A DNA stretch of 64,000 nucleotides from an uncultured virus (IMG/VR IMGVR_UViG_3300035498_001541) (IMGVR_UViG_3300035498_001541); one strand, 5' to 3'. Shown: positions 39,048-49,185, counted from the stretch's first letter. Notes: a model not told the origin generated them from the letters alone. Made by a program: numbers and translations.

Positions 39048-39945
39048 ACTGTTCACCTCGCTTAGCACCATGCAACTTCTCTAATGAGTTGTCCAGAATC
39101 AGTTCTTTACGGTTTGCAATTACCATCTTGTAATAACTTTTCTGCCTATCATCTATAAAAGATACACTATTGATAATATCATTAATCTTTTCAAGACTAA
39201 TACGTGGTACTATACGCTCTAAAGCATTATTGCACTCTTCAAACTCTAAGCTGGAGATAAGCTTACAATAATTGATTTTCTCCTTTTTGTACCTAATTAC
39301 AGATAACGGTGCATTGTAGACCCAATGCTGCAAACCTTGCTGATAATCTAAATCCTTTTCAGCTATAAGCTCATCTATCTGTAAAAACACATTATTACAA
39401 CAACCAAAAATCGGAGCCAGAGAGATGCTATCATCTTGGCTTTCGTATAAGAATCCCCATCTTTCATTTCCTCTGTCCCAGTTTCCAATTAATGCATCAG
39501 CTATGAACATATCCCAAAAATAATCACTCATCTCATTTGTGCTAAATGGTATTTGCTTTTTAAACACTGGAAGTATATCTTCCAAGTTTGTACTATTTCC
39601 TGTATACTTTAGCTCAACTGCACTGTTTTTCAATGCTAGGAAATCTAGCAACTCAACACCTAAAGCTGCATAGTCTTTACAGGCAACAACAATCTTTTGG
39701 CCACACTCACGTAACGTACAAGTGCCTAACAACACTTCCTGTACTGGCAAACCAATACTCTCAAAAATCTTACACCCTAAATATTCTGAGATACAGTTAT
39801 TATTATAACCTGCATTTGTATTTCCACATACGTACATCGGAAACTTCAGCATATACGGTTTGCCTTCATAAATAATAGAATCTGTAAGTCCGTCCACAGA
39901 CGGATATAATTTCCTTGTCCTTGGTGCTTCAGTAAAATCTATCAT
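39019..39945 (-). CDS. HipA/CtkA-like kinase with degenerate catalytic motifs
   Basis: YMLKFP, SEYLGCKIF, DALIGNWDRG and LAPIFGCC. Confidence 0.75.
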   Translation of the reverse strand: MIDFTEAPRTRKLYPSVDGLTDSIIYEGKPYMLKFPMYVCGNTNAGYNNNCISEYLGCKIFESIGLPVQEVLLGTCTLRECGQKIVVACKDYAALGVELLDFLALKNSAVELKYTGNSTNLEDILPVFKKQIPFSTNEMSDYFWDMFIADALIGNWDRGNERWGFLYESQDDSISLAPIFGCCNNVFLQIDELIAEKDLDYQQGLQHWVYNAPLSVIRYKKEKINYCKLISSLEFEECNNALERIVPRISLEKINDIINSVSFIDDRQKSYYKMVIANRKELILDNSLEKLHGAKRGEQYEFYRIEID

Positions 39946-39973
39946 AATATCCTCACTTCCTGCGAGTTACTCT

Positions 39974-40693
39974 TTACCTTTTTAAGTTACCACTTGCTAT
40001 TTCACTTAGCATCATACAACCAGTAGAGGTATTCAGCTTCTCTCTTTTAGATAGCACAATCTGTTCTTCTAAAATCAGGTCAAGATACTTTCCTTCTCCT
40101 CTAAATCTTCGCTTAATTGCTTTTACCTTTTGTTCACTTTCTTGCCTGAGAGCTTCCCTATACCGATGGTATTCATCTAGCTTCGTTACATCAAGCTTCT
40201 CTTCATGACAAATCTCAATATGCAAGCAAGCTTCCTCTGTTTTAGCAACGTATTGTGTACCATAGTCAATACAGCGAATACACTCTAACATAGCCTTATC
40301 GGTAATATCTCCATTAGCAAACTGTCGCATTATCATACCCATATTATCATCTGCAATTGGGCCAATAATAATCTCTTTTCCATTGCCCATAGCTGCAACA
40401 GATTGATAAAACTTTGTTCCTTTTGCAGACTCTAGTCTCCCTCGATTGTAAAGAACATAATATGCCCAACCCATATCGGACAAAACAAGCACCTTATCAT
40501 CGTCTATCTCTGAAAGCCTTAGATTTAAAACATAAACCTTTGGGGAGACCTCTTTATAAATAAGAGTCTTTACCTGCTCAGACCTGGTTCCCATATAAAA
40601 ACCTTTACCAAAGTCACAACGGGCTCTACTACATGGCACAATGCTACCAACAATCCCATTTCGCGAACCATGGTATAACTTCACATCTTGCAT
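39974..40693 (-). CDS. DUF3990-family protein
   Basis: LYHGS...CDFGKGFYMGT...IGPIADD...GTQYVAKT. Confidence 0.8.
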   Translation of the reverse strand: MQDVKLYHGSRNGIVGSIVPCSRARCDFGKGFYMGTRSEQVKTLIYKEVSPKVYVLNLRLSEIDDDKVLVLSDMGWAYYVLYNRGRLESAKGTKFYQSVAAMGNGKEIIIGPIADDNMGMIMRQFANGDITDKAMLECIRCIDYGTQYVAKTEEACLHIEICHEEKLDVTKLDEYHRYREALRQESEQKVKAIKRRFRGEGKYLDLILEEQIVLSKREKLNTSTGCMMLSEIASGNLKR

Positions 40694-41130
40694 TTCATAA
40701 TCCCCTCTTCTTGTATTACATCCAAAAAGAATTCTTCGTCCTGTGTATGCATACCTACATAGAATATCAGCATATCTTTTAAAGGCAGACTCCTATAGAT
40801 TGTATCACTACTAATTCCTAAACGTAGATGAATATACCGATACATATACCCTACCCAGTACATTGCATCCCCATCATAATGTTTGGAATTCTTAGTTGGC
40901 TGAACCTCTTTCAACACGTAATCCATTGAGTCTTCTGGCTCTGCCATCTGAAAATAGGAATACAATGCATCCATCTCTACATTGCAGAATCTTGAGTTCA
41001 TATACTTCTCTACAAAATCATCATCATCAAAACCCATATCAATGGCTAATGTGAAAATAAGACCTTGTGTTTCACAAATAAAAGTGTCAACACCAGACCA
41101 CACTTCAAAAGATTTTGGTTCTGAATCCAT
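40681..41130 (-). CDS. Partner of DUF3990 (putative antitoxin)
   Basis: CETQGLIF, F..KYMNS, MYWVGYMYRY and HTQD. Confidence 0.65.
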   Translation of the reverse strand: MDSEPKSFEVWSGVDTFICETQGLIFTLAIDMGFDDDDFVEKYMNSRFCNVEMDALYSYFQMAEPEDSMDYVLKEVQPTKNSKHYDGDAMYWVGYMYRYIHLRLGISSDTIYRSLPLKDMLIFYVGMHTQDEEFFLDVIQEEGIMKCKM

Positions 41131-41147
41131 ACTGTTCACCTCGGCCC

Positions 41148-41612
41148 TTAATCTGCATAAATTTCTTCTAACCAAACATCTATATCATCGTCATAGGTGT
41201 CTAAGTCAATTGGTTTCCCATCCTTCCTAGCATCACCTGCATCACTAAGTGCATACTTAGGCAGATACCTGTACGTAAGCACAGTCCTATCAAAACGCCT
41301 ACACATTCTTGTTACACAGGAGAAAGCATCATCCCCACACTGCGTAACATTAAAGATTTTATCCGGAAATAGATAAATAAGAATTGCTGTTTTACAACTT
41401 GTACTGAGATATTCTGGTGGTATAACAGTACCAAGTCTATCCTCCAATACAAAACCATCTATAACCTTGGCACCGTCAATTAGTCTCATGAAAACTTGAA
41501 CAAGTTCGTCCTGAAACCATGACACCTCTTTGTTATCACGAAAGAATGGTCTGCTATCAACCCAAACCTCTTTACCCTCTGCTTTCGTTTTAGTAAATAT
41601 CAAATTTATCAT
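41148..41612 (-). CDS. Divergent DUF4869-family protein
   Basis: WFQDELVQ..ID.A.V....G.VIPPEYLSTSCKTAIL...TQCGDD. Confidence 0.65.
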   Translation of the reverse strand: MINLIFTKTKAEGKEVWVDSRPFFRDNKEVSWFQDELVQVFMRLIDGAKVIDGFVLEDRLGTVIPPEYLSTSCKTAILIYLFPDKIFNVTQCGDDAFSCVTRMCRRFDRTVLTYRYLPKYALSDAGDARKDGKPIDLDTYDDDIDVWLEEIYAD

Positions 41613-41624
41613 AATAACCTCCAA

Positions 41625-42158
41625 CTACACACCTAAAGCTGTGTCAATCAAATCTAAATCCAATTCTCTTCTAAAACTCTCAATATCAGGAGCTGCTTCT
41701 CTAAACTGCCTTGTAATACTTTTCTCTTTATCGAAATTACCACCGAACTTAAATACTCTGCGAAGCTTAAATGGATATCTGTCATTCTCAATAGAGTAAA
41801 CGGTATTCTCCAAATAGCACATCTGCTTTACAAGAAGTCGACCAATTACTATCAGATACCAGTTATTTTCTCTTGCTTTCTGAAACAGCCATTCAACCTC
41901 AGTTGGTTTGAAATTTGTATCGTCAAGCACTATGCAAACATCAGGCTCAAACACAACCCCATTCAGATTGCTTGGCACATCAGCAAAGAAAAGCTTCATG
42001 TTACAAGATACTTCACCAACACCATCACGCTCAAGCAACCTTTCATACAATGTTGTTTTAAATCCGGCACTATTGAGCCCAATATCTTTGTAACCACCAA
42101 TAAAGTTCACACGATTATAGAAGTCATAGTTTAGAACCTTAGACCTAATACTAACCAT
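41625..42158 (-). CDS. Degenerate mini P-loop ATPase (DUF4869 partner type)
   Basis: NSAGFKTTL (altered Walker A), CIVLDD and YLIVIGR. Confidence 0.55.
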   Translation of the reverse strand: MVSIRSKVLNYDFYNRVNFIGGYKDIGLNSAGFKTTLYERLLERDGVGEVSCNMKLFFADVPSNLNGVVFEPDVCIVLDDTNFKPTEVEWLFQKARENNWYLIVIGRLLVKQMCYLENTVYSIENDRYPFKLRRVFKFGGNFDKEKSITRQFREAAPDIESFRRELDLDLIDTALGV

Positions 42159-42191
42159 ACGCTTCCTCGCTTTCTTACTTCTAACACCTAG

Positions 42192-42220
42192 ATTTTACCA
42201 CCACTACACAATCCTGTAAA
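42192..42220 (-). promoter_or_regulatory. Host sigma70/sigmaA-type promoter
   Basis: TTTACA-N17-TAAAAT with extended -10 TG. Confidence 0.6.
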
Positions 42221-42223
42221 TAC

Positions 42224-42252
42224 AAAAAGGTGGCAGGTTTTACCCTGTCACC
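42224..42252 (-). terminator. Intrinsic terminator
   Basis: GGTGACAGG/CCTGCCACC imperfect stem plus TTTTT. Confidence 0.65.
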
Positions 42253-42273
42253 CCTAACCATATGCCTTTAAAT

Positions 42274-44283
42274 CTAAAGGACTCCTCTTGACGCCAGTAC
42301 CTGTCTAAGACTCTTATAAACTGATTTCCCTTTCTGTTCAATGCCGTGGTCTATAGACGTACCCTCTTTTACAATATCCACATTTTCGACCCACTCAAAA
42401 TCATCACCAAATGGGTCATCTGACTCATCACCAGTATACATAATTCCGTATAGTGGGCATCCTTTTAGTGGCTTTGCAATACTTGAAGAACACAGTACAG
42501 TCGGTAAATCATGCTTCAGCGAATATGCAACAATCTTTGCTAAATCAGCCTGCTCCAGTTTATCAGCATTGATTAAAAACTCAGCATCCTCACCCCCAGC
42601 TACCATAGCACCAGGAACTTCAGTGATATCTGCTGTATCTATAAACACAGGAGACTTAGGAAATTTCATAGAACCTTCATTGTACAAGCTCAGAATAAAC
42701 TGATACATATTGCACTCCGGGTACCTTACACTGCTAAGAATGCTACACATTGAAAGCATTCTGCCTCTTACCGGCCAGCAATCAATTATTACGCCAGGTT
42801 TATAACTTAAGCCTTTTCGTGCAAACTCAATCTCATAGCCATTGATATCTACCTGGTCTTCATAGCCACCTATCTCTGTAAAATCATACGGTGCTCCTAC
42901 ACCATTATCCTCAAGGTAATAACATGTGCAGCTTGCAAGCTCGTTACAATCCCATTCATTCTGAGAGATAAACATCGTAAGATAAGACTTTTTACAAAGC
43001 TCCTTAATATCATCCACAGTAAGCTTATCTGCATTTACAATTAAAACGCCTGTCCAGCTATAGGAGTCATCACCTTCAAATAAGCCCGACTCCTTCACAC
43101 CTGCTAAAATCTCATCAAGACTACTTGTATCAAAGAACAGCGGGTGCTTAGGCTCATGCATCTTTCCACCCTCATAGCTTTTCTTCAAAGCATCAAATAA
43201 TGGAAACTCTGGATTAGGGAAAGCAGCTGTACTAATTAAAGAACAGCTATCTCCACACTCACCAAAAAGCACGTTTGAACGAAATCTTATACCAGTCTGA
43301 TGCCTTGGCTTTTCAGACTTTGTATTACCATTGAGAGGTGCATTAGGTCCAAACAGGCCATTAGCATCAAACAGAATATCATCATCAAAGACATCTAATG
43401 ACATAGTCTCCAAATTAGAAACACCGGAACTCTTTACAGATTCCTCTGGAATGGTACTCTTTACACTTGCTGGATATTCGTATAAATGTCCTAACTCAAT
43501 ATCCTCCGGAATTTCAGCAATTCGCTCTAATGAAGTACAACCTTCAAAAATTCTGTTACAGTTGCCAACACTACTTGGTATCACCGGTGCAACTTTTAAA
43601 GATACACAGTTTTTAAACATATCATTACAACTTTGTACATTATTTGGTATTGCAGGTGCTTCCTTCAACAAACCGCAACCCTCAAACATACTAGTGCAAT
43701 CTTCAACACCTTCTGGTATAGTTGATGCCTTCTCCAGCGAGCTACAACGATGAAACATATGTCTACAATTCTCTACACTATCTGGAATCACAGGTGCCTC
43801 CTTTAATGAAGTACACTTACAAAACATGAACTCGCAATCTTTTACACCTTTTGATATAACAGGTGCTTTCTTTAAAGTTCTGCAATTATGGAACATTTCT
43901 CTGCAGAACATTGCACTTTCTGGAATATTTGGTACCTCTTTTAAAGCTCCACAACCTTTAAACATAGCATTGCAATTTAGAATATTGTTTGGTATCTTAG
44001 GTACTTTCTCTAAATGGATGCAATCTATGAATATTTCGCTGCAATCCACGACTCCTTCCGGAATTGCGGGAGCTATCCTTAAATTCTCTTGCCTTTTAAA
44101 CAACTCTCTACAACTAGTAAGCCCTTCCGGTATCTCCAAGCTTGACAAGTCTCCATCCTCTGGGATCTTACCGATAAACCGTATACAGTCGTAGGTTCCT
44201 CTCCAATTTTTTACGGTCTCTATCTCAAACACTTCGTCATCGTAACCAAAGGCTCCTATTTCGCCATCGTAATGCTTAATCAT
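42274..44283 (-). CDS. Cytoplasmic 22-aa LRR-like (BspA/DUF285-like) repeat protein with duplicated C-terminal domain
   Basis: About 10 C..MF..C.SL..AP.IP..V repeats; two copies of S..S...P...Y..G.M..PK.P.F.DT...NADKL. Confidence 0.85.
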   Translation of the reverse strand: MIKHYDGEIGAFGYDDEVFEIETVKNWRGTYDCIRFIGKIPEDGDLSSLEIPEGLTSCRELFKRQENLRIAPAIPEGVVDCSEIFIDCIHLEKVPKIPNNILNCNAMFKGCGALKEVPNIPESAMFCREMFHNCRTLKKAPVISKGVKDCEFMFCKCTSLKEAPVIPDSVENCRHMFHRCSSLEKASTIPEGVEDCTSMFEGCGLLKEAPAIPNNVQSCNDMFKNCVSLKVAPVIPSSVGNCNRIFEGCTSLERIAEIPEDIELGHLYEYPASVKSTIPEESVKSSGVSNLETMSLDVFDDDILFDANGLFGPNAPLNGNTKSEKPRHQTGIRFRSNVLFGECGDSCSLISTAAFPNPEFPLFDALKKSYEGGKMHEPKHPLFFDTSSLDEILAGVKESGLFEGDDSYSWTGVLIVNADKLTVDDIKELCKKSYLTMFISQNEWDCNELASCTCYYLEDNGVGAPYDFTEIGGYEDQVDINGYEIEFARKGLSYKPGVIIDCWPVRGRMLSMCSILSSVRYPECNMYQFILSLYNEGSMKFPKSPVFIDTADITEVPGAMVAGGEDAEFLINADKLEQADLAKIVAYSLKHDLPTVLCSSSIAKPLKGCPLYGIMYTGDESDDPFGDDFEWVENVDIVKEGTSIDHGIEQKGKSVYKSLRQVLASRGVL

Positions 44284-44298
44284 GAATACACCCCTTTC

Positions 44299-45297
44299 CT
44301 AAAACAAATCCATTGGCATAGCCTCCATGGGCGGTAAATCTCTTATATCCACCTTTTTCTCCTTTTGCTTAGCACTCTCTGGTATTACTGGTTCCTCCTC
44401 CAAAGATACACAACCATCAAACATTTGCACACATTTTTCTACACCCTCAGGGATAACAGGTGCCTTCTTTAGAGAACTGCAACCCTCAAACATACCATCA
44501 CAATTGTAAACACCATCCGGTAAATCAGGAACAACCTCTAATGATTTGCAATCTTCAAACATTGAATCACATCTACCCAGATTACTAGGTAGCATAGGTA
44601 CACTCTTCAAAGATGTACAACCCCTAAACATAAGCATACAATTATTTACACTGTCAGCAATAATAGGCGCGACTTCTAATGAAGTACAACCTTCAAACAA
44701 ACAAGAGCAATTATCTACACCGTCAGGAATTGCAGGTACTTTCTTCAATGACGTGCAATCCCGAAACATACTTCCACAATACTCGAAGCTACTTGGTATA
44801 GCTGGTGCCTCTTCTAAAGCTTCGCAACCCTCAAACATACCATAACAATCCTTTATTCCTCCTGGTATAACAGGTGCTTTCTTTAAAGACTTGCAACCTG
44901 CAAACATATATTTACACTCAATCGCACTATTTGGAATAGCAGGTACCACTTTTAAAGAGAAACAATTGTGGAACATACCATTGCAATATTTTACCCCTTC
45001 TGGTATAATAGGCACCTCTTCTAAAGCCTCGCATTCGATAAACATATCTAAACAGTCTGTGACACCCTCCGGAATAATCGGTGCTTTCTTCATAGCTTTG
45101 CATTTTTCAAACATCCTGTGGCAATTTATTATACCTTCCGGTATTTTTAAGCCTGACAGGTCGCCATCTGCACCCACCTCGCCAATAAACGTAAGTACAT
45201 CCTGCCCCCAATTTGCATAGTCTTTTGGATTTGTTACCTCAAATACTTCATCATCGTAGTCGAAAACTCCTAACCTACCTTCGTAATGCTTAATCAT
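44299..45297 (-). CDS. 22-aa LRR-like repeat protein, paralog of the downstream gene
   Basis: Same MIKHY.G..G.F.YDDEVFE N-terminus; about 12 repeats; ends MPMDLF. Confidence 0.85.
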   Translation of the reverse strand: MIKHYEGRLGVFDYDDEVFEVTNPKDYANWGQDVLTFIGEVGADGDLSGLKIPEGIINCHRMFEKCKAMKKAPIIPEGVTDCLDMFIECEALEEVPIIPEGVKYCNGMFHNCFSLKVVPAIPNSAIECKYMFAGCKSLKKAPVIPGGIKDCYGMFEGCEALEEAPAIPSSFEYCGSMFRDCTSLKKVPAIPDGVDNCSCLFEGCTSLEVAPIIADSVNNCMLMFRGCTSLKSVPMLPSNLGRCDSMFEDCKSLEVVPDLPDGVYNCDGMFEGCSSLKKAPVIPEGVEKCVQMFDGCVSLEEEPVIPESAKQKEKKVDIRDLPPMEAMPMDLF

Positions 45298-45312
45298 AGT
45301 CTCTACTCCTTT

Positions 45313-45480
45313 CTAGGCTGTATAACCTCCTTCAATACAAAAACCGAAATGACAGTGCCCAGTAAATCCAGACAAATATTCTGAAATTGCTTCACTGTCA
45401 TCCGGTAAATCTTCTGGTATTACAATCTCTTCTGGTAAATCTTCATCATCAACATCCCACAAAATATTTGTAGCCTTCAT
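45313..45480 (-). CDS. Small acidic protein (55 aa), not in the ORF track
   Basis: MKATNILWDVDDEDLPEEIVIPEDLPDDSEAISEYLSGFTGHCHFGFCIEGGYTA with GGAGG RBS; fills the gap between neighbours. Confidence 0.65.
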   Translation of the reverse strand: MKATNILWDVDDEDLPEEIVIPEDLPDDSEAISEYLSGFTGHCHFGFCIEGGYTA

Positions 45481-45493
45481 CTCTCATACCTCC

Positions 45494-46177
45494 CTATACT
45501 GCCTCCTCGAAGCAGAAAGAATTTTCTCCTTCAGGTACAGTAAACCATATTGGGTATTCGTAAATCTCACCGTCACTACTCACTACTGTCACTAAACCCT
45601 CATACTCTATATTGTCATTTGGTGTATACTCAAAAAGACTATAGTTGGCTTCAACAATAGCGTAGTTACCATCTGCCAACCATTTCCGTCCATCTATACA
45701 CAACCCATCAGCACTAACTATAGAGCCAACCTTAAACGGTGCATCTGCCTTAAACCTCTTGTTACTCAACTTGGTTAACTCATTGCACATCTTGTCATAA
45801 TGCACTCCATCATAATTCTCGAAAGCAATAAGTTTATCATCTTCGTCTGCGACAGTTCTCCATTTCTCGAAAATCTCTCTGTACTTAGGTAAATCCTTTA
45901 TCATAGTCTCTTCATCCTTCACAACAAGAACAGGTCCTTGCCAAAAGACTGAAGGGCTACAATCACACTCAATGCTCTTGCCAACTCTCTTATTCTGAAA
46001 GATTTTCTCTCCTGCCTGCTTAAGAGCTTTTATCTTCTCCACACCTGTTTTTCCTTTAGCTGAGCTTACAATCTCACTAAAACAAATGGGACCGGTCATG
46101 CCGGTCCCATAATCAGAAATACCCAAAAGTTCTTTCTGCAAATAACAAATTTTTACTTTTTTGTTAGGTATCTTCAT
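45494..46177 (-). CDS. Hypothetical protein, paralog of 46519-47208
   Basis: Shared M.IPN..VK, KWR..A..DD, KMCNE/KCMNE and APFKVG. Confidence 0.75.
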   Translation of the reverse strand: MKIPNKKVKICYLQKELLGISDYGTGMTGPICFSEIVSSAKGKTGVEKIKALKQAGEKIFQNKRVGKSIECDCSPSVFWQGPVLVVKDEETMIKDLPKYREIFEKWRTVADEDDKLIAFENYDGVHYDKMCNELTKLSNKRFKADAPFKVGSIVSADGLCIDGRKWLADGNYAIVEANYSLFEYTPNDNIEYEGLVTVVSSDGEIYEYPIWFTVPEGENSFCFEEAV

Positions 46178-46189
46178 TTAGTCTTCCTC

Positions 46190-46498
46190 CTAGAAAGCTT
46201 TCATCTCACCTGTAGCCTCTGAGCCAAAATACTTATCATAATCCTTAAGAGCAGACTCTGTTGCTACACCAAGGAAATCCGACAACGGTCTCATGTATAC
46301 ATCCTCATCACCAAGGTGATAGCCTTTTAGTATCACTTCATCTTTTGCTTCCTCAATCTGCTCGACAACTTTATACAGTTGCCAACGTGCGGAATGACTA
46401 TAAGTATCCAAGCACTCTGGCTTAACCACTAAAATCAAGCCTGTGAAATCGTTAATTGTACACTTCTTGTAATCAGACTCATCACAAATAATCTTCAT
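46190..46498 (-). CDS. Hypothetical protein ending GEMKAF
   Basis: 102 aa with GGAGG RBS. Confidence 0.7.
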   Translation of the reverse strand: MKIICDESDYKKCTINDFTGLILVVKPECLDTYSHSARWQLYKVVEQIEEAKDEVILKGYHLGDEDVYMRPLSDFLGVATESALKDYDKYFGSEATGEMKAF

Positions 46499-46518
46499 AT
46501 AATTCCTCCATTCAACTA

Positions 46519-47208
46519 TTATGCGTATGCCTCCTGTATCCTGCCAATCTCAGCTCTACTCAAATCAAGAGTTGCCCCACCACCATACTCAACAGCAAAC
46601 CAGAACATTGTTGAGAAAGCATCTCCCTCAGTTCCCATTAAACCAAGTGTACACCTGCACAGAAACCTCGGGTCAATCCTTGCTATCACATTATCATAGT
46701 TCACTATTGCACACGATGAGCTAAAGATGGCAAACTTCTCATCATTCCTAAACCTTTCAACCTCGTCAAGCAAACTTCCATACTTCACGCATTTCAGTTC
46801 CTCTGCTCTCACCATCTTACCAACCTTAAAAGGAGCTTTGGCACCGAATCCTACATCGATCATGCACCCAATCTCATTCATGCACTTAACATAGTATTCG
46901 CCCTCACCACCCTCAAATTTCTTCAAGGCTTTTCTGTCATCATCCTCAGCAGCCTGTCTCCACTTCCTGTACACACCGCTGAGCTCCTTCAATTCTTTCC
47001 CGGCGCTGCTGTCAACCATCAATGCACCCATTAAGTCGTAGCGTTTCGCTAAACGAACTTCCTCGGACCTCAGCACTTTCTCAGCATCTTTCTTATTCTC
47101 CAGATTCTGCCTTACCACTAAGTGGTCAATTGGATTCTTACATGCAACAAGTCTTGCCCCATCATCAGTAAACCTGTAAAACTTTACCTCTCTGTTCGGA
47201 ATTCTCAT
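46519..47208 (-). CDS. Hypothetical protein, paralog of 45494-46177
   Basis: See paralog. Confidence 0.75.
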   Translation of the reverse strand: MRIPNREVKFYRFTDDGARLVACKNPIDHLVVRQNLENKKDAEKVLRSEEVRLAKRYDLMGALMVDSSAGKELKELSGVYRKWRQAAEDDDRKALKKFEGGEGEYYVKCMNEIGCMIDVGFGAKAPFKVGKMVRAEELKCVKYGSLLDEVERFRNDEKFAIFSSSCAIVNYDNVIARIDPRFLCRCTLGLMGTEGDAFSTMFWFAVEYGGGATLDLSRAEIGRIQEAYA

Positions 47209-47224
47209 ACCCCTTTATTCCTCC

Positions 47225-48562
47225 TTACTTAATCTGTACATTGAAGCTCCCATCATCATTCACTGTTATTTTGGTTGGCTTCATCAAGTGCTTAAACAGC
47301 TCTTCTTGCTCACTGTCAGTTACATCAATTCTTAATTCCTTGCACAAGTCCGCCACGAGGTCTTTACTGTTGAAGTCTAAAACTTGTTCAATTCTTTCCG
47401 AAATTGCACTCTTCAGTACAACTCTCTTAAACTCGTATGCACCATTACCACTGAATCCATCAAGAGAACAATTCTGAATCTCATGCTCATACATTGTCTC
47501 CTTAATAGGTAATCCGCACTTAGAGTCTTCGTATACTACAAAGAATCCGGCATCATTTACAGCACTGATTAATCCCCAATAATCAGAATCGCTAGACAGC
47601 AGAATAAAACCATCTACCCCATCTTTGTAGCAAGCCTTTGTTACCTCTGCAGTCATCCTGATATCAACTAAAGACTTAGCATCTGTCACCCTGTTAATGG
47701 CAACATACTCGATTGGTACACCAGTAAACTTTGACAGAAGCTTCCAGCTATCTGTCGTATGTACATCATCAAAGAGTACAATCTTGCTAATCTTTTCGCA
47801 CAGCTCTGACCCAAAACTATTCAGCATACTGCACATTTTGTACACATCAGAATTCTCGCAGTCAACAACAATCTCCACGTTACTATGTTCCTTAATAAAG
47901 TTTTCAATATTCTCTCTTGTGTTCTTGCTTATATCCTGCACTTTGTCTTTTCCGTTAAATCGTTCATTATGTTTCCTGTATAGTGCCTCAAGAAAGAAAT
48001 AGTCATTGCTTAAGAAATACTCATCAGTCATCTGGACTCCACCAACATAGGCTTGGCATGGGTATCTCCTAATATTGTTATTGTACCCGTTGAGCTCCAT
48101 CAGAAAATCATGCTTTGTCTTGCAGCTCGGTAGCACAAAAATTTCTTTTAAATACTGCCAGTTTATCCAACATGGAAACAGATGCCCGCACTTTCCCACT
48201 GCATCTTTAATACTGTCATTCAATCCGGTTAAAACATCGACCAAGGTCTTGTTTAAATACCCAAGCTGATATTCTGATTCCATCACCAACCTAGCATCTT
48301 CCATTTCAACATAGCTGACATGAAGAACATCTTTAAATTCATACAACATTTCGTCTAAACACGCTTCATAGTTCTTCATAAAAGCATTCCGGACTCTGCA
48401 CAACGCTCTAACCATACACGCGTGTTCGTCTGTTTTCACTTTCTGCACAGTATCTGGGCAAGCTTCACCATACCGCCTGTCCACCTGTACTTCATCAATT
48501 CCTATCATCCATGCAACTTTTGCTACCTCATTCTTGGTAACTTCATTTTTCCTTTGTTCCAT
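47225..48562 (-). CDS. NYN (PIN-like) domain protein
   Basis: IVVDCENSD, KSLVDI and LLSSDSDY; start moved to MEQRK behind AGGAGG. Confidence 0.8.
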   Translation of the reverse strand: MEQRKNEVTKNEVAKVAWMIGIDEVQVDRRYGEACPDTVQKVKTDEHACMVRALCRVRNAFMKNYEACLDEMLYEFKDVLHVSYVEMEDARLVMESEYQLGYLNKTLVDVLTGLNDSIKDAVGKCGHLFPCWINWQYLKEIFVLPSCKTKHDFLMELNGYNNNIRRYPCQAYVGGVQMTDEYFLSNDYFFLEALYRKHNERFNGKDKVQDISKNTRENIENFIKEHSNVEIVVDCENSDVYKMCSMLNSFGSELCEKISKIVLFDDVHTTDSWKLLSKFTGVPIEYVAINRVTDAKSLVDIRMTAEVTKACYKDGVDGFILLSSDSDYWGLISAVNDAGFFVVYEDSKCGLPIKETMYEHEIQNCSLDGFSGNGAYEFKRVVLKSAISERIEQVLDFNSKDLVADLCKELRIDVTDSEQEELFKHLMKPTKITVNDDGSFNVQIK

Positions 48563-48610
48563 AGACTTTGCACCTCCTTGATTTTTATTATTGATATTTA
48601 CCACCCTTTA

Positions 48611-48648
48611 CTACACTTATGTATAATAATTTCACTGGAATCACAGGG
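48611..48648 (-). promoter_or_regulatory. Putative element-specific promoter, copy 3 (variant)
   Basis: CCCTGT-N17-TATACATAAG. Confidence 0.4.
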
Positions 48649-48690
48649 TTGCATAATTTTCAATATTTCAAGGCAATTACCTAAGAATGC

Positions 48691-48719
48691 AAAAAAGAGA
48701 GACCAAAAAGGCCTCTCTT
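48691..48719 (-). terminator. Intrinsic terminator
   Basis: AAGAGAGGCC/GGTCTCTCTT stem plus T-run. Confidence 0.65.
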
Positions 48720-48720
48720 C

Positions 48721-49185
48721 TTACCAAACCCACCAATTATCATCATCGTCATCTACTTCTGGTTCTGGGGTAGCTGTTGATACTACTGGTACTGCTTCAT
48801 CCCCCAAGTTCTCTCCTCGTATCACAGTCCCTTCATCATCACCATCATCAGTTACTGCTGGTGTAGTAGTTGGCTGCTCAGTAGCTGGCACATCCGCAGT
48901 TCTTGCAGGCATACTCACAACTACTCGCACAACTGTTTTCTTCCCATTCTTCAATCGTACAACAATCTTAGTCTTTCCGACTTTCTTACCTTTCACCACT
49001 ATCTTCTTCTTAGAAATCTTAGCACTACAAATGCTTTTATTTTTCACCTTTGCAGAAAGAATCTTACTACCAACTCTAACGCTTACTTTCTTGTCAACAA
49101 CTACGCTACACTTGCTCTTAGCCATTGCACACACTGGAGCAAGCACCATAGCAGCCAACAAAACTAAAGCTAGTCTAAACTTCAT
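48721..49185 (-). CDS. Small secreted Ig-like protein with PT/acidic tail
   Basis: Signal peptide; K-rich GKKVGKTKIVV. Confidence 0.75.
   Translation of the reverse strand: MKFRLALVLLAAMVLAPVCAMAKSKCSVVVDKKVSVRVGSKILSAKVKNKSICSAKISKKKIVVKGKKVGKTKIVVRLKNGKKTVVRVVVSMPARTADVPATEQPTTTPAVTDDGDDEGTVIRGENLGDEAVPVVSTATPEPEVDDDDDNWWVW

Noticed and set aside
43480..45140. 66-nt periodic repeats as a possible CRISPR array or DGR
   Set aside because: The repeats are degenerate at the DNA level and encode 22-aa protein repeats; there is no repeat-spacer structure and no cas or reverse transcriptase gene.
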